Below, in pieces: positions 57,112 through 64,000 of a stretch of 64,000 nucleotides of DNA. The stretch is taken from positions 1-64,000 of IMG/VR virus record IMGVR_UViG_3300020152_000021. One strand, written 5' to 3'. Below the pieces are notes generated by a model. The model saw only the letters and a list, made by a program, of their open reading frames with translations. It ran no database searches and had not been told where the DNA came from. The DNA is from a virus. The position numbers and the translations under genes are program-made. Numbering within the stretch: position 1 is the stretch's first letter; each line of letters begins with the position of its first letter.

Positions 57112-57336
57112 ATGAACGATAAAGTTCAAACTCTCACGCAAAGCCGTGTAATTCCAATTAAAGTAAAAGATATCGAAGCAATGGGGGTTTGCTATCGATG
57201 CCGCTGTTCCGGAAAGAAAGATGCTCTTAAACATTTCGATCCTAAAAATATGATATTTGGTGCATTGTATTTCATGACGAGTCATAATCATTGTAATAGT
57301 TGTTCTGGCGAAGGATTCTGGAAGAGGATTCAATAA
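57112..57336 (+). CDS. Small DnaJ-type CxxCxGxG zinc-finger protein, paralogue 1
   Basis: CYRCRCSG...CNSCSGEGFW. Confidence 0.65.
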   Translation: MNDKVQTLTQSRVIPIKVKDIEAMGVCYRCRCSGKKDALKHFDPKNMIFGALYFMTSHNHCNSCSGEGFWKRIQ

Positions 57337-57354
57337 CAGGAAAGATTCGAGTTA

Positions 57355-57365
57355 CATATATAGTA
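57355..57365 (+). promoter_or_regulatory. Class-1 promoter-like motif CATATATAGTA
   Basis: Intergenic copy 29 nt before ATG 57394. Confidence 0.6.
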
Positions 57366-57393
57366 ATTGAAATGTAACGTAAAGGAGAAATAA

Positions 57394-57618
57394 ATGCATG
57401 TTTTAGTTGATCATCGTTCAATTAAAATCCAAGTTAAAGATATAGCAGAACTATCTTCTACTTGCGTTTGTCGACGCTGTAAAGGTTCTGGTGAAGTATC
57501 TAATATGATTTATTACAATCCTAGTGCTGGTTATAGAGGTGGTCTTTACTATGTAACCAACACAAACACCTGTCCCGTGTGCGAAGGTAGGGGATACTGG
57601 AAAGTACCTCAACAATAA
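57394..57618 (+). CDS. Small DnaJ-type CxxCxGxG zinc-finger protein, paralogue 2
   Basis: CRRCKGSG...CPVCEGRGYW; shares R.I.I.VKDI and G.LY with the previous ORF. Confidence 0.7.
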   Translation: MHVLVDHRSIKIQVKDIAELSSTCVCRRCKGSGEVSNMIYYNPSAGYRGGLYYVTNTNTCPVCEGRGYWKVPQQ

Positions 57619-57630
57619 CTGTTTCGTAAT

Positions 57631-57664
57631 GAACTCTAGTAGTTAACGCTACTAGAGTTCTTTT
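57631..57664 (+). terminator. Intrinsic terminator
   Basis: GAACTCTAGTAG/CTACTAGAGTTC plus TTTT. Confidence 0.8.
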
Positions 57665-57719
57665 ATATAAAAAACTAATCGAGTAATTTGGTGATAGAAT
57701 TCCTACAATGGAGTAATTT

Positions 57720-57989
57720 ATGAACAAACCCACGGTAAAAATAGAATGTCCTGGTGTCGCGGAAGAAGTAAATGAAAATAAAACTAAGACATTAGGTAAC
57801 AGCACTATTAAAGTTATTAACCAAAGTGATACTTTCGCTGGAGTGTTTGCATTAATTGTTATAGTTGTTCCTTGGTTAGCAGGATTGGCGATAGCTAAAG
57901 GTTTCTGGCAAACTTTCTGTGCTATATTTCCACCATACGCATGGTATTTGGTGGTTGAAAAAGTCATGAAAGCATACGGTGTATTGTGA
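57720..57989 (+). CDS. Small membrane protein
   Basis: GGAG SD; hydrophobic WLAG..IAKGFW.T..AIFPPYAWY segment. Confidence 0.7.
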   Translation: MNKPTVKIECPGVAEEVNENKTKTLGNSTIKVINQSDTFAGVFALIVIVVPWLAGLAIAKGFWQTFCAIFPPYAWYLVVEKVMKAYGVL

Positions 57990-59503
57990 GCGTTTCTTTA
58001 ACGTTCTATAATCTCTCAGTAAAGTTAGAGACGAAAGACATGGTTCTTTTGTCTCATATATCTCGTTTTCTAGAAAAGTATTATACCGTTAAAGGTAAAG
58101 GGTTTTCTCCTAACGTTCCGGTAGAAGATAAACTCTTTGCTAGTAAGATTAAGAACAGAGGTATATATTTTCTCCATCACAACCAATTCATTCATCTCTA
58201 TCAACATTTAAAGGAAATCAATTATCCTTTAGTTGTAGAGAACAAAATCGATGAAAGAGATTACACACCAATTCCTGCAGATATGTCTGTAAGAGACGGT
58301 TGGGTGTTGAGAGAAAAGCAAGTACCTGTTGCCGAATTTATTTTAGATAATCCTACTAAGTCTAAACTGATCCCATTAAACATGGGTTCTGGTAAAACAT
58401 TTGTATCTTTACATTCCATTGCGCAGCTAAAACAACGTTTAGCGATTGTTATTCTTCCAGCTTACATTGATAAATGGGTAGGAGATATTGCTACTATTCA
58501 TAACGCTACGACAAGTGACGTTATGACGATTCAAGGCTCTAAAGAAGTCAGAGCTTTAATTCAAATTGCGCAAAGTGGTAAACTAGAACATAAGTATTAC
58601 ATCTTTAGTAACCGTACTCTTGCCGAGTATATTAAGAGTTATGAAGAAGATCCTGAGTTGTGTGTAGATATGTACGGTGCAGCGCCTATAGATCTATTCC
58701 CGCTCTTAGGTATTGGAACATTACTAGTAGATGAAACCCATCAACACTTTCATTCTATTTTTAAGATCCTTTTATACAGCAACGTCAAATTCCAACTTGG
58801 TTTATCTGCAACTTTAATGTCAGATGAACATGTGGTGCGACGTGTACACAAGGTAGTGTATCCTGGTAACACCGTCTACGGTGACGCTATGATTAAGAAG
58901 TACATAGATGTTTATCCAACAGCCTATGTTATACCGGAACACTTAAAGAAGCTATTCAGAACAAATACATACGGCTCGAATCACTACTCTCATATTGCTT
59001 TTGAACAAAGCATCATGAAGAGAAGAGATCTAGTCGAACGCTACTATCGGATCATTGATAGTAATATACAGGATTATTACATCTCAGAATACCAGCAAAA
59101 AGATAAGCTATTGATCTTTGTGGCAACTATTCAATTAGCTACTCAATTGACTAAGTTTCTGACAGAAAAGTATCCAGATAAGATTGTCAATCGCTATTGT
59201 GATGATGATCCTTATGAAAACTTAATGACTTCAGATATCATTGTCTCTACAGTGTTATCGTCAGGAACAGCGGTTGATATTCCTGATTTACGAGTCGTTA
59301 TACAAACCGTATCTATTTCTTCTCCGGTAAGTAATCTGCAAGCATTAGGTCGTCTTCGTGAATTACCTAATCGAGATGTGAAGTTCTGTTATCTGTATTC
59401 GGATAACATTGCTAAACAAAAAGCTTACCATATGAAACGAGTAGAACTATTTAAAGATAGAACAGCAAACATCGCTTATAGAAGAAGTAGAGTTAGTTTT
59501 TAG
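57986..59503 (+). CDS. SF2 DExH helicase (phiKZ gp75-like)
   Basis: LREKQ, MGSGKT, VDETH, LSAT, GTAVDIP, QALGRLR. Confidence 0.9.
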   Translation: MSVSLTFYNLSVKLETKDMVLLSHISRFLEKYYTVKGKGFSPNVPVEDKLFASKIKNRGIYFLHHNQFIHLYQHLKEINYPLVVENKIDERDYTPIPADMSVRDGWVLREKQVPVAEFILDNPTKSKLIPLNMGSGKTFVSLHSIAQLKQRLAIVILPAYIDKWVGDIATIHNATTSDVMTIQGSKEVRALIQIAQSGKLEHKYYIFSNRTLAEYIKSYEEDPELCVDMYGAAPIDLFPLLGIGTLLVDETHQHFHSIFKILLYSNVKFQLGLSATLMSDEHVVRRVHKVVYPGNTVYGDAMIKKYIDVYPTAYVIPEHLKKLFRTNTYGSNHYSHIAFEQSIMKRRDLVERYYRIIDSNIQDYYISEYQQKDKLLIFVATIQLATQLTKFLTEKYPDKIVNRYCDDDPYENLMTSDIIVSTVLSSGTAVDIPDLRVVIQTVSISSPVSNLQALGRLRELPNRDVKFCYLYSDNIAKQKAYHMKRVELFKDRTANIAYRRSRVSF

Positions 59504-59504
59504 C

Positions 59505-59538
59505 AAGAGAGATAACCACTATCTCTCTTTCTTTTTTT
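59505..59538 (+). terminator. Intrinsic terminator
   Basis: AAGAGAGATA/TATCTCTCTT plus T tract. Confidence 0.7.
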
Positions 59539-59557
59539 ATTCAGGGATAATAGGATT

Positions 59558-60217
59558 ATGTCTACACAAGTTATTTTTATTGATGGACCTCATGCTGTAG
59601 GTAAAGACTACTTCATCGAAAATTTGATTAAGCAGTTAAAGGAAGAACAACCAGAAAAGAAAGTAGAAGTACTTAGAGCAACGGACTTCCTTACGCCTCT
59701 TATTAAAACGAATAGGTTCTATGAACACGATAATAAGTTAAGCACTGAGAACCATGCGATTTTCCATGGTCATCTACGACTTATGAACCGTATTAAAGAA
59801 CTCATTGATTATAAACTAGCTGATCTGGTTATCGTTAATAGAAGCTTTGCTAGTTTTTTAATCTATAATCTTAATACAGATTTCAATAACAATACCCCAC
59901 AACTCAACACCATTCTGTCGGAAGACAAGCGACAGTTTATCGATTCGTATACCAGAACGTTTAAGAATATGTTCAGGTATATCTCGACGTTGTTTATCAA
60001 TCTTACCATCGACGGTGGTACAATTGATGAAAAGGTAGACAATATCGTTGCTCGAATTAAGAGTCGTAGCGAAAACAAAGAAGTTAATGTAGGATATTTG
60101 ACTTACTTGACAAAGAGTTATAGCGGATTAGATAACATTTTCACGGATATGTTTAACGAACACCAAGAACTGAAATCAGGATCTTTCCACTACGTGATTG
60201 CCAAATACCTCACTTAA
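59558..60217 (+). CDS. P-loop dNMP/thymidylate kinase-like protein
   Basis: IFIDGPHAVGKD P-loop, VIVNRSFAS (DR-like motif), RIKSR lid. Confidence 0.65.
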   Translation: MSTQVIFIDGPHAVGKDYFIENLIKQLKEEQPEKKVEVLRATDFLTPLIKTNRFYEHDNKLSTENHAIFHGHLRLMNRIKELIDYKLADLVIVNRSFASFLIYNLNTDFNNNTPQLNTILSEDKRQFIDSYTRTFKNMFRYISTLFINLTIDGGTIDEKVDNIVARIKSRSENKEVNVGYLTYLTKSYSGLDNIFTDMFNEHQELKSGSFHYVIAKYLT

Positions 60218-60218
60218 A

Positions 60219-60773
60219 ATGTTTGAACTTGAGTCTCTTCAAAAAGACAAAGAGCTAGTTCAATTATGTCTGCCGTTACTTCCTAATGAATACGGAGAAC
60301 TAGGTCGTTTTATAGATGTAACTTCTATAGACATGCTTTTTGAGAGACTCGTCAAAGCTCGGTTTGAGCGACTGAAGTTTCTACCTATCAGTAAGTTAAC
60401 CATCTATAAAACCGCAGACGTTGGACCAGGCTACATTAATTACATGTCTATCTTAGCGTTTCAAGAGCTAATGGCGTTGAGATTGGTAGACAAAGAAATT
60501 CCTATCCATCTTGAATATAAACACGGAAATATATTTACTTCAGTAAAGTCGGTTGATCTGAATCCGAAAGTATTATTTACTGAAGATACATATCTTCTTG
60601 TTAAAGAAGAAACAAACACGATACATAGCATCAAGATAGGTAAACCATGTAATCCGAATTTACTTTATTATCGAAGTGAATTAGATAACATTGTTACTAC
60701 CATAAAGAAACTTGTTACCATTGAAAATGTAAACAGTATTTGGATAAAAGAAGATAGGGATAGTCCTCTATAA
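60219..60773 (+). CDS. Hypothetical protein
   Basis: ATG 60219 just after the kinase stop. Confidence 0.6.
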   Translation: MFELESLQKDKELVQLCLPLLPNEYGELGRFIDVTSIDMLFERLVKARFERLKFLPISKLTIYKTADVGPGYINYMSILAFQELMALRLVDKEIPIHLEYKHGNIFTSVKSVDLNPKVLFTEDTYLLVKEETNTIHSIKIGKPCNPNLLYYRSELDNIVTTIKKLVTIENVNSIWIKEDRDSPL

Positions 60774-60792
60774 AAGAGGACTATCCTTTTTT
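60758..60792 (+). terminator. Intrinsic terminator overlapping the stop codon
   Basis: GGATAGTCCTCT-ataaa-AGAGGACTATCC plus T run. Confidence 0.8.
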
Positions 60793-60832
60793 ACTTGGTT
60801 TGTTATCTCTTGAATTGGAATAATTACAGTTG

Positions 60833-60843
60833 CATATATATTA
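60833..60843 (+). promoter_or_regulatory. Class-1 promoter-like motif CATATATATTA
   Basis: Exact motif 30 nt before ATG 60873. Confidence 0.65.
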
Positions 60844-60872
60844 TCCGAATAACATTCATGCGTTAGAGAATT

Positions 60873-61322
60873 ATGATTGGATATTACACAGAAAGCGAAA
60901 AACCAACCAAGAGCGAGATATTTGTATTCGGATCTAATCTTGCTGGCAGACATGGAAAAGGCGCTGCTAAGGACGCTTTAAGACTTTATGGAGCCAGTTA
61001 CGGACAAGGTATAGGAATTCAAGGAAGAAGCTACGCTATACCAACTAAAGATCACTATCTTAATGTACTTCCCATCGAACGTATCGATAAGGATGTTAAG
61101 ATCTTTGTTTCTTTTACCAGAGACAATCCTAAGATAAATTTCTTTATTACTAGAGTAGGTTGTGGATTGGCTGGTTATAAAGATTATGAAATAGCTCCTT
61201 TGTTTAAAGGCATAGGAGATAATTGTAGAGTTCATTTAGATTGGTATAAACTACTTAAGGAAGATAACCATGACAACGATACGTGCCGAATACACCGTGG
61301 AATACAGAGTAGTCGAAGATAG
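60873..61322 (+). CDS. A1S_2505-family phage non-structural protein (possibly macrodomain-like)
   Basis: IFVFGSNLAGRHGKGAA, YAIPTK, F.ITRVGCGLAG, IAPLF signature. Confidence 0.75.
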   Translation: MIGYYTESEKPTKSEIFVFGSNLAGRHGKGAAKDALRLYGASYGQGIGIQGRSYAIPTKDHYLNVLPIERIDKDVKIFVSFTRDNPKINFFITRVGCGLAGYKDYEIAPLFKGIGDNCRVHLDWYKLLKEDNHDNDTCRIHRGIQSSRR

Positions 61323-61509
61323 CGTTAACTACTGTAAAGCTTTCTTCACCGATCAAGTTAGTCTAAAAGACTTTATTGATCGACTTGAGAAAGAAAAAAT
61401 CGCGTTTAAAGTATTACACTGGAGTTGGTTGGCTGAGCAAGAAAAATTTGCTTTAGGGGGTCACTATACGTACTGGTTAACCAAAGAACAGTTGTTAAAA
61501 GAACGTTAA
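61270..61509 (+). CDS. Hypothetical protein
   Basis: AAGGA SD inside the previous ORF. Confidence 0.55.
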   Translation: MTTIRAEYTVEYRVVEDSVNYCKAFFTDQVSLKDFIDRLEKEKIAFKVLHWSWLAEQEKFALGGHYTYWLTKEQLLKER

Positions 61510-61568
61510 TATGCTTAGTTTTACAAGTATTTCTTAAGTAAATTAACGTCTTTGTTAAAACAACAATT

Positions 61569-61599
61569 AGAACAGTCTATGATGATCATAGACTGTTCT
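61569..61599. terminator. Bidirectional terminator
   Basis: 14-bp stem AGAACAGTCTATGA/TCATAGACTGTTCT. Confidence 0.8.
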
Positions 61600-61616
61600 G
61601 TTAGTGTTATCTTATT

Positions 61617-62240
61617 TTAACTACCATAGAAGTTCGGTGCTTTGTTAACAGTTCCTAACCTGGCAATTTGATAATGTAAATCACATTGCCAAGCATGGAT
61701 TCTGCCGTTATAAGAATCGACTGCGCCATCTCTAAATACTCTCATCTTAACAACTGAATCAGGTTCAATTTGAGATGAGAGAATAGCGTTTAAATCAGAT
61801 ACTTCAGATACCATATGTCTATATTGATAGCCTGCTGGGAAGGTATGATCTATATAAACAGTGGTAGAAGAAGCAAGAGAAAATGCTGATTGCCCATGAC
61901 CTTTAGCGATCATGTACTGAAGTCCCCAGCGTACCGTGCCTGCTAAGTTAGTAAGAGGCATCCAGTGGATATGAGGATAAACTTTAGTATTTAAAGCGAT
62001 ATCATGATCGATATGAAAATCAACCCACACTTGATTTAGCGCAGTACCACTAAAAACAAGACCTTCAAATCCAGTCAAATATTCTTCCCAAGTTGGGTTT
62101 GTCGAACCTGTGGTTCCTTTACTTACTAAAAAGTTAGCTTTTTCATCACACCACACGTAATCGTTACCGGATTTTATTACACTATTTTGTCCATCAATAG
62201 CAACAACTTCTGAGTCAATTTTGGTAATCTTAAGTTTCAT
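61617..62240 (-). CDS. Beta-sandwich (probable virion) protein, paralogue 1
   Basis: High identity to 62265-62882 (QVWVDFH..H..ALNTK.YPH.HWMPL...GTVRWG..Y.IAKGHGQSAF). Confidence 0.75.
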   Translation of the reverse strand: MKLKITKIDSEVVAIDGQNSVIKSGNDYVWCDEKANFLVSKGTTGSTNPTWEEYLTGFEGLVFSGTALNQVWVDFHIDHDIALNTKVYPHIHWMPLTNLAGTVRWGLQYMIAKGHGQSAFSLASSTTVYIDHTFPAGYQYRHMVSEVSDLNAILSSQIEPDSVVKMRVFRDGAVDSYNGRIHAWQCDLHYQIARLGTVNKAPNFYGS

Positions 62241-62264
62241 AACAGCTTTCTTCTAAATTAAAAA

Positions 62265-62882
62265 TTAATCATTATAGAAATTAGGTGCTTTATTGATAGT
62301 CCCTATTCTTTCTATCTGATAATGAATATCAGACTGCCATGCGTGCACTTTGCCATTGTAAGTGTCTACAGCGGCATCTCTAAAGATTCTAATCTTAATA
62401 ACAGTATCTGGTTCGATTTCTGATGACAGAATAGCTTTATCATCAGGAAACTCAGTTACTAAATGTTTATTTACATCGCTAGGTGTGATCACGTGATCCA
62501 CATAAACCGTTGTGGAAACAGTTGGAAAAGCCGACTGTCCATGACCTTTAGCAATTACATATTGGAATCCCCAACGAACGGTACCACTACCAGCGACTAA
62601 AGGCATCCAATGCACATGGGGATATATTTTAGTATTTAATGCGAGATTATGGTTCATATGGAAATCTACCCATACTTGATTCATAATCGAGCCATCAAAA
62701 ACTAAACCTTCAAAACCTGGTAGATATTCTTCTAGAACTGGGTTATTACCACCAGTGGTGGTTTTAAGAACAAAATATGCTTTCTCGTCTCGCCAAAGAT
62801 ACTTATCGTTGGATTTAATAACAGTGTTTTGTCCATCGATTGCTGTTTCTACAGGTTTACTTGCTTTAGATGTTAATTTCAT
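62265..62882 (-). CDS. Beta-sandwich (probable virion) protein, paralogue 2
   Basis: Tandem duplicate; AGGA SD; class-2-like ATTTATTGA upstream. Confidence 0.75.
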   Translation of the reverse strand: MKLTSKASKPVETAIDGQNTVIKSNDKYLWRDEKAYFVLKTTTGGNNPVLEEYLPGFEGLVFDGSIMNQVWVDFHMNHNLALNTKIYPHVHWMPLVAGSGTVRWGFQYVIAKGHGQSAFPTVSTTVYVDHVITPSDVNKHLVTEFPDDKAILSSEIEPDTVIKIRIFRDAAVDTYNGKVHAWQSDIHYQIERIGTINKAPNFYND

Positions 62883-62969
62883 AGAAATCCTAGTTTTTAA
62901 CGTACATCAATAAATATAGTTAGTTTTACTACCTTTTTTAACAATATAATTTTTAACTGGAGAATAAAA

Positions 62970-63344
62970 ATGACTAATATGTCTCTTTCTGTTGGCGTGA
63001 TTCTTTCCGCAGCAGCACAAGAAGTTATTAACGTTCTGGAAGAAGTTCGTAGACATCCTGACACTGAAAAACACCTTAGCGAATATCAAGGTGTTAAGTG
63101 GTTGAATATGTGTAACATCGTTAACGGTCATGTTGAAGATGTTACAGAAGAATACAAAGCTTTAATGGGTAAACTAAGCGATGCTCTTCATGATCATCTT
63201 ATCGATGGTGGTCAGCATAGTGATGTTTATTACGAACTTAAAAAAGAAGGTTATAGATTGCGCACAGGGGAACGTGATAGCTTTGGTCCTCTGTCTGCTG
63301 TAGTTTGCTGTCCCAATGCTGATTGGCAAGTTTGTTACGGGTAA
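62970..63344 (+). CDS. Hypothetical protein
   Basis: GGAG SD; C-terminal GERDSFGPL...YG motif. Confidence 0.7.
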   Translation: MTNMSLSVGVILSAAAQEVINVLEEVRRHPDTEKHLSEYQGVKWLNMCNIVNGHVEDVTEEYKALMGKLSDALHDHLIDGGQHSDVYYELKKEGYRLRTGERDSFGPLSAVVCCPNADWQVCYG

Positions 63345-63368
63345 TCCTATTTGAATTTTTTACAGTTA

Positions 63369-63379
63369 CATATATAATA
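63369..63379 (+). promoter_or_regulatory. Class-1 promoter-like motif CATATATAATA
   Basis: Intergenic copy followed by a leader hairpin (about 63392-63420). Confidence 0.6.
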
Positions 63380-63445
63380 AATGACATCTGAGTTGGTCTA
63401 TAGACTTCTCTATCGACAACTATCCAATTTTTAAAGGGGAAGAAA

Positions 63446-64000
63446 ATGTCTAAGAAAACTGTTAAACTTACTTCTAACGTTACCTCTGTCGCCACGAACG
63501 AGTTTGCAAAGTTGACGTTCGAATTTTCATCCGTACCGGTTGGTTTTACGCTGGACGACATCAAAGTCACCAATGGTGTTGTTACTGAATTGAAACAAGA
63601 CGCGTCGAACCCGTTGATTTATACAGCCTTGTTTACGCCTGGTAATACCAGTAGCAAGATGTCGACGATTCAGCTTGCAGGGGATTATACGACCGGGTCC
63701 GATATCGGAAATCCGAGTAACACCCTGACATTGTCGAATATTCACAATGTGATCGTTCCGACCATCGGGTTTAACAGTAATAACACTACTGTAACCGAAG
63801 GTAATAATGGTCACAAAACGGTGAGCTACACGGTTACGTTGTCGGCAGCGGTTTCGAACGCAGTCACTGTGGAGTATACTACCAATAAGTTGCAAGGTAA
63901 CGCAACTGCTGGTAGCGACTTCATCGGTAAAACCGGAACACTGACGTTTGCACCGGGTGAAACCAGTAAGACGATTACGGTCGATATCATCGGTGACACC
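63446..64000 (+). CDS. Ig-like + Calx-beta domain protein, 3'-truncated (not in ORF track)
   Basis: Manual translation: MSKKTVKLTS...LTFEFSSVPVGFTLDDIKVTNG...YTALFTPG ... VTEGNNG...TVTLSAA....VTVEY.T...ATAGSDF....GTLTFAPGETSKTITVDIIGDT; AAGGGG SD; no stop before the edge. Confidence 0.85.
   Translation, partial: MSKKTVKLTSNVTSVATNEFAKLTFEFSSVPVGFTLDDIKVTNGVVTELKQDASNPLIYTALFTPGNTSSKMSTIQLAGDYTTGSDIGNPSNTLTLSNIHNVIVPTIGFNSNNTTVTEGNNGHKTVSYTVTLSAAVSNAVTVEYTTNKLQGNATAGSDFIGKTGTLTFAPGETSKTITVDIIGDT

Noticed and set aside
63527-63895. 122-aa minus-strand ORF in the track
   Set aside because: Shadow of the + strand Ig/Calx-beta gene starting at 63446.
1-64000. Stop-codon reassignment
   Set aside because: Core genes are full length under the standard code and end in TAA, TAG or TGA, often just before terminators.

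Overview
AT-rich (roughly 35-40% GC by eye), densely coding 64-kb segment of a nucleus-forming, phiKZ-like jumbo phage (Chimalliviridae-type). The standard genetic code is used and I saw no tRNA, CRISPR array, integrase, reverse transcriptase, intron or intein. Recognisable landmarks: the 3' part of a tail-associated lysin (M15 peptidase + SLT), the phage tubulin PhuZ, a strongly codon-biased 613-aa chimallin (ChmA) candidate shortly before the catalytic non-virion RNAP beta' subunit (NADFDGD), terminase large subunit, a virion RNAP beta subunit, a 1918-aa repeat-built fibre, three tandem collar/Kelch-propeller fibre genes, and the conserved block SbcD - gp66-like - ChmC-like - sigma-like gp68 - PicA-like - gp70-like - nvRNAP beta - nvRNAP beta' - SF2 helicase. 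phiKZ gp numbers below are assigned from motifs, size and gene order recalled from memory, not from searches. Best second-look items: (1) a GC-rich nested-stem RNA element plus an anti-SD hairpin in the leader of the PicA-like gene; (2) a cassette array of four six-bladed Kelch-like propellers with variable loops inserted inside tail-collar domains; (3) two NADAR-like paralogues, one degenerate, followed by a tandem bulged-hairpin array; (4) two distinct promoter-like motifs that sort with non-structural versus structural genes; (5) alpha-CTD-like and TraR-like candidate modulators of host RNAP; (6) an Ig-like/Calx-beta ORF at the right edge that is missing from the ORF track.
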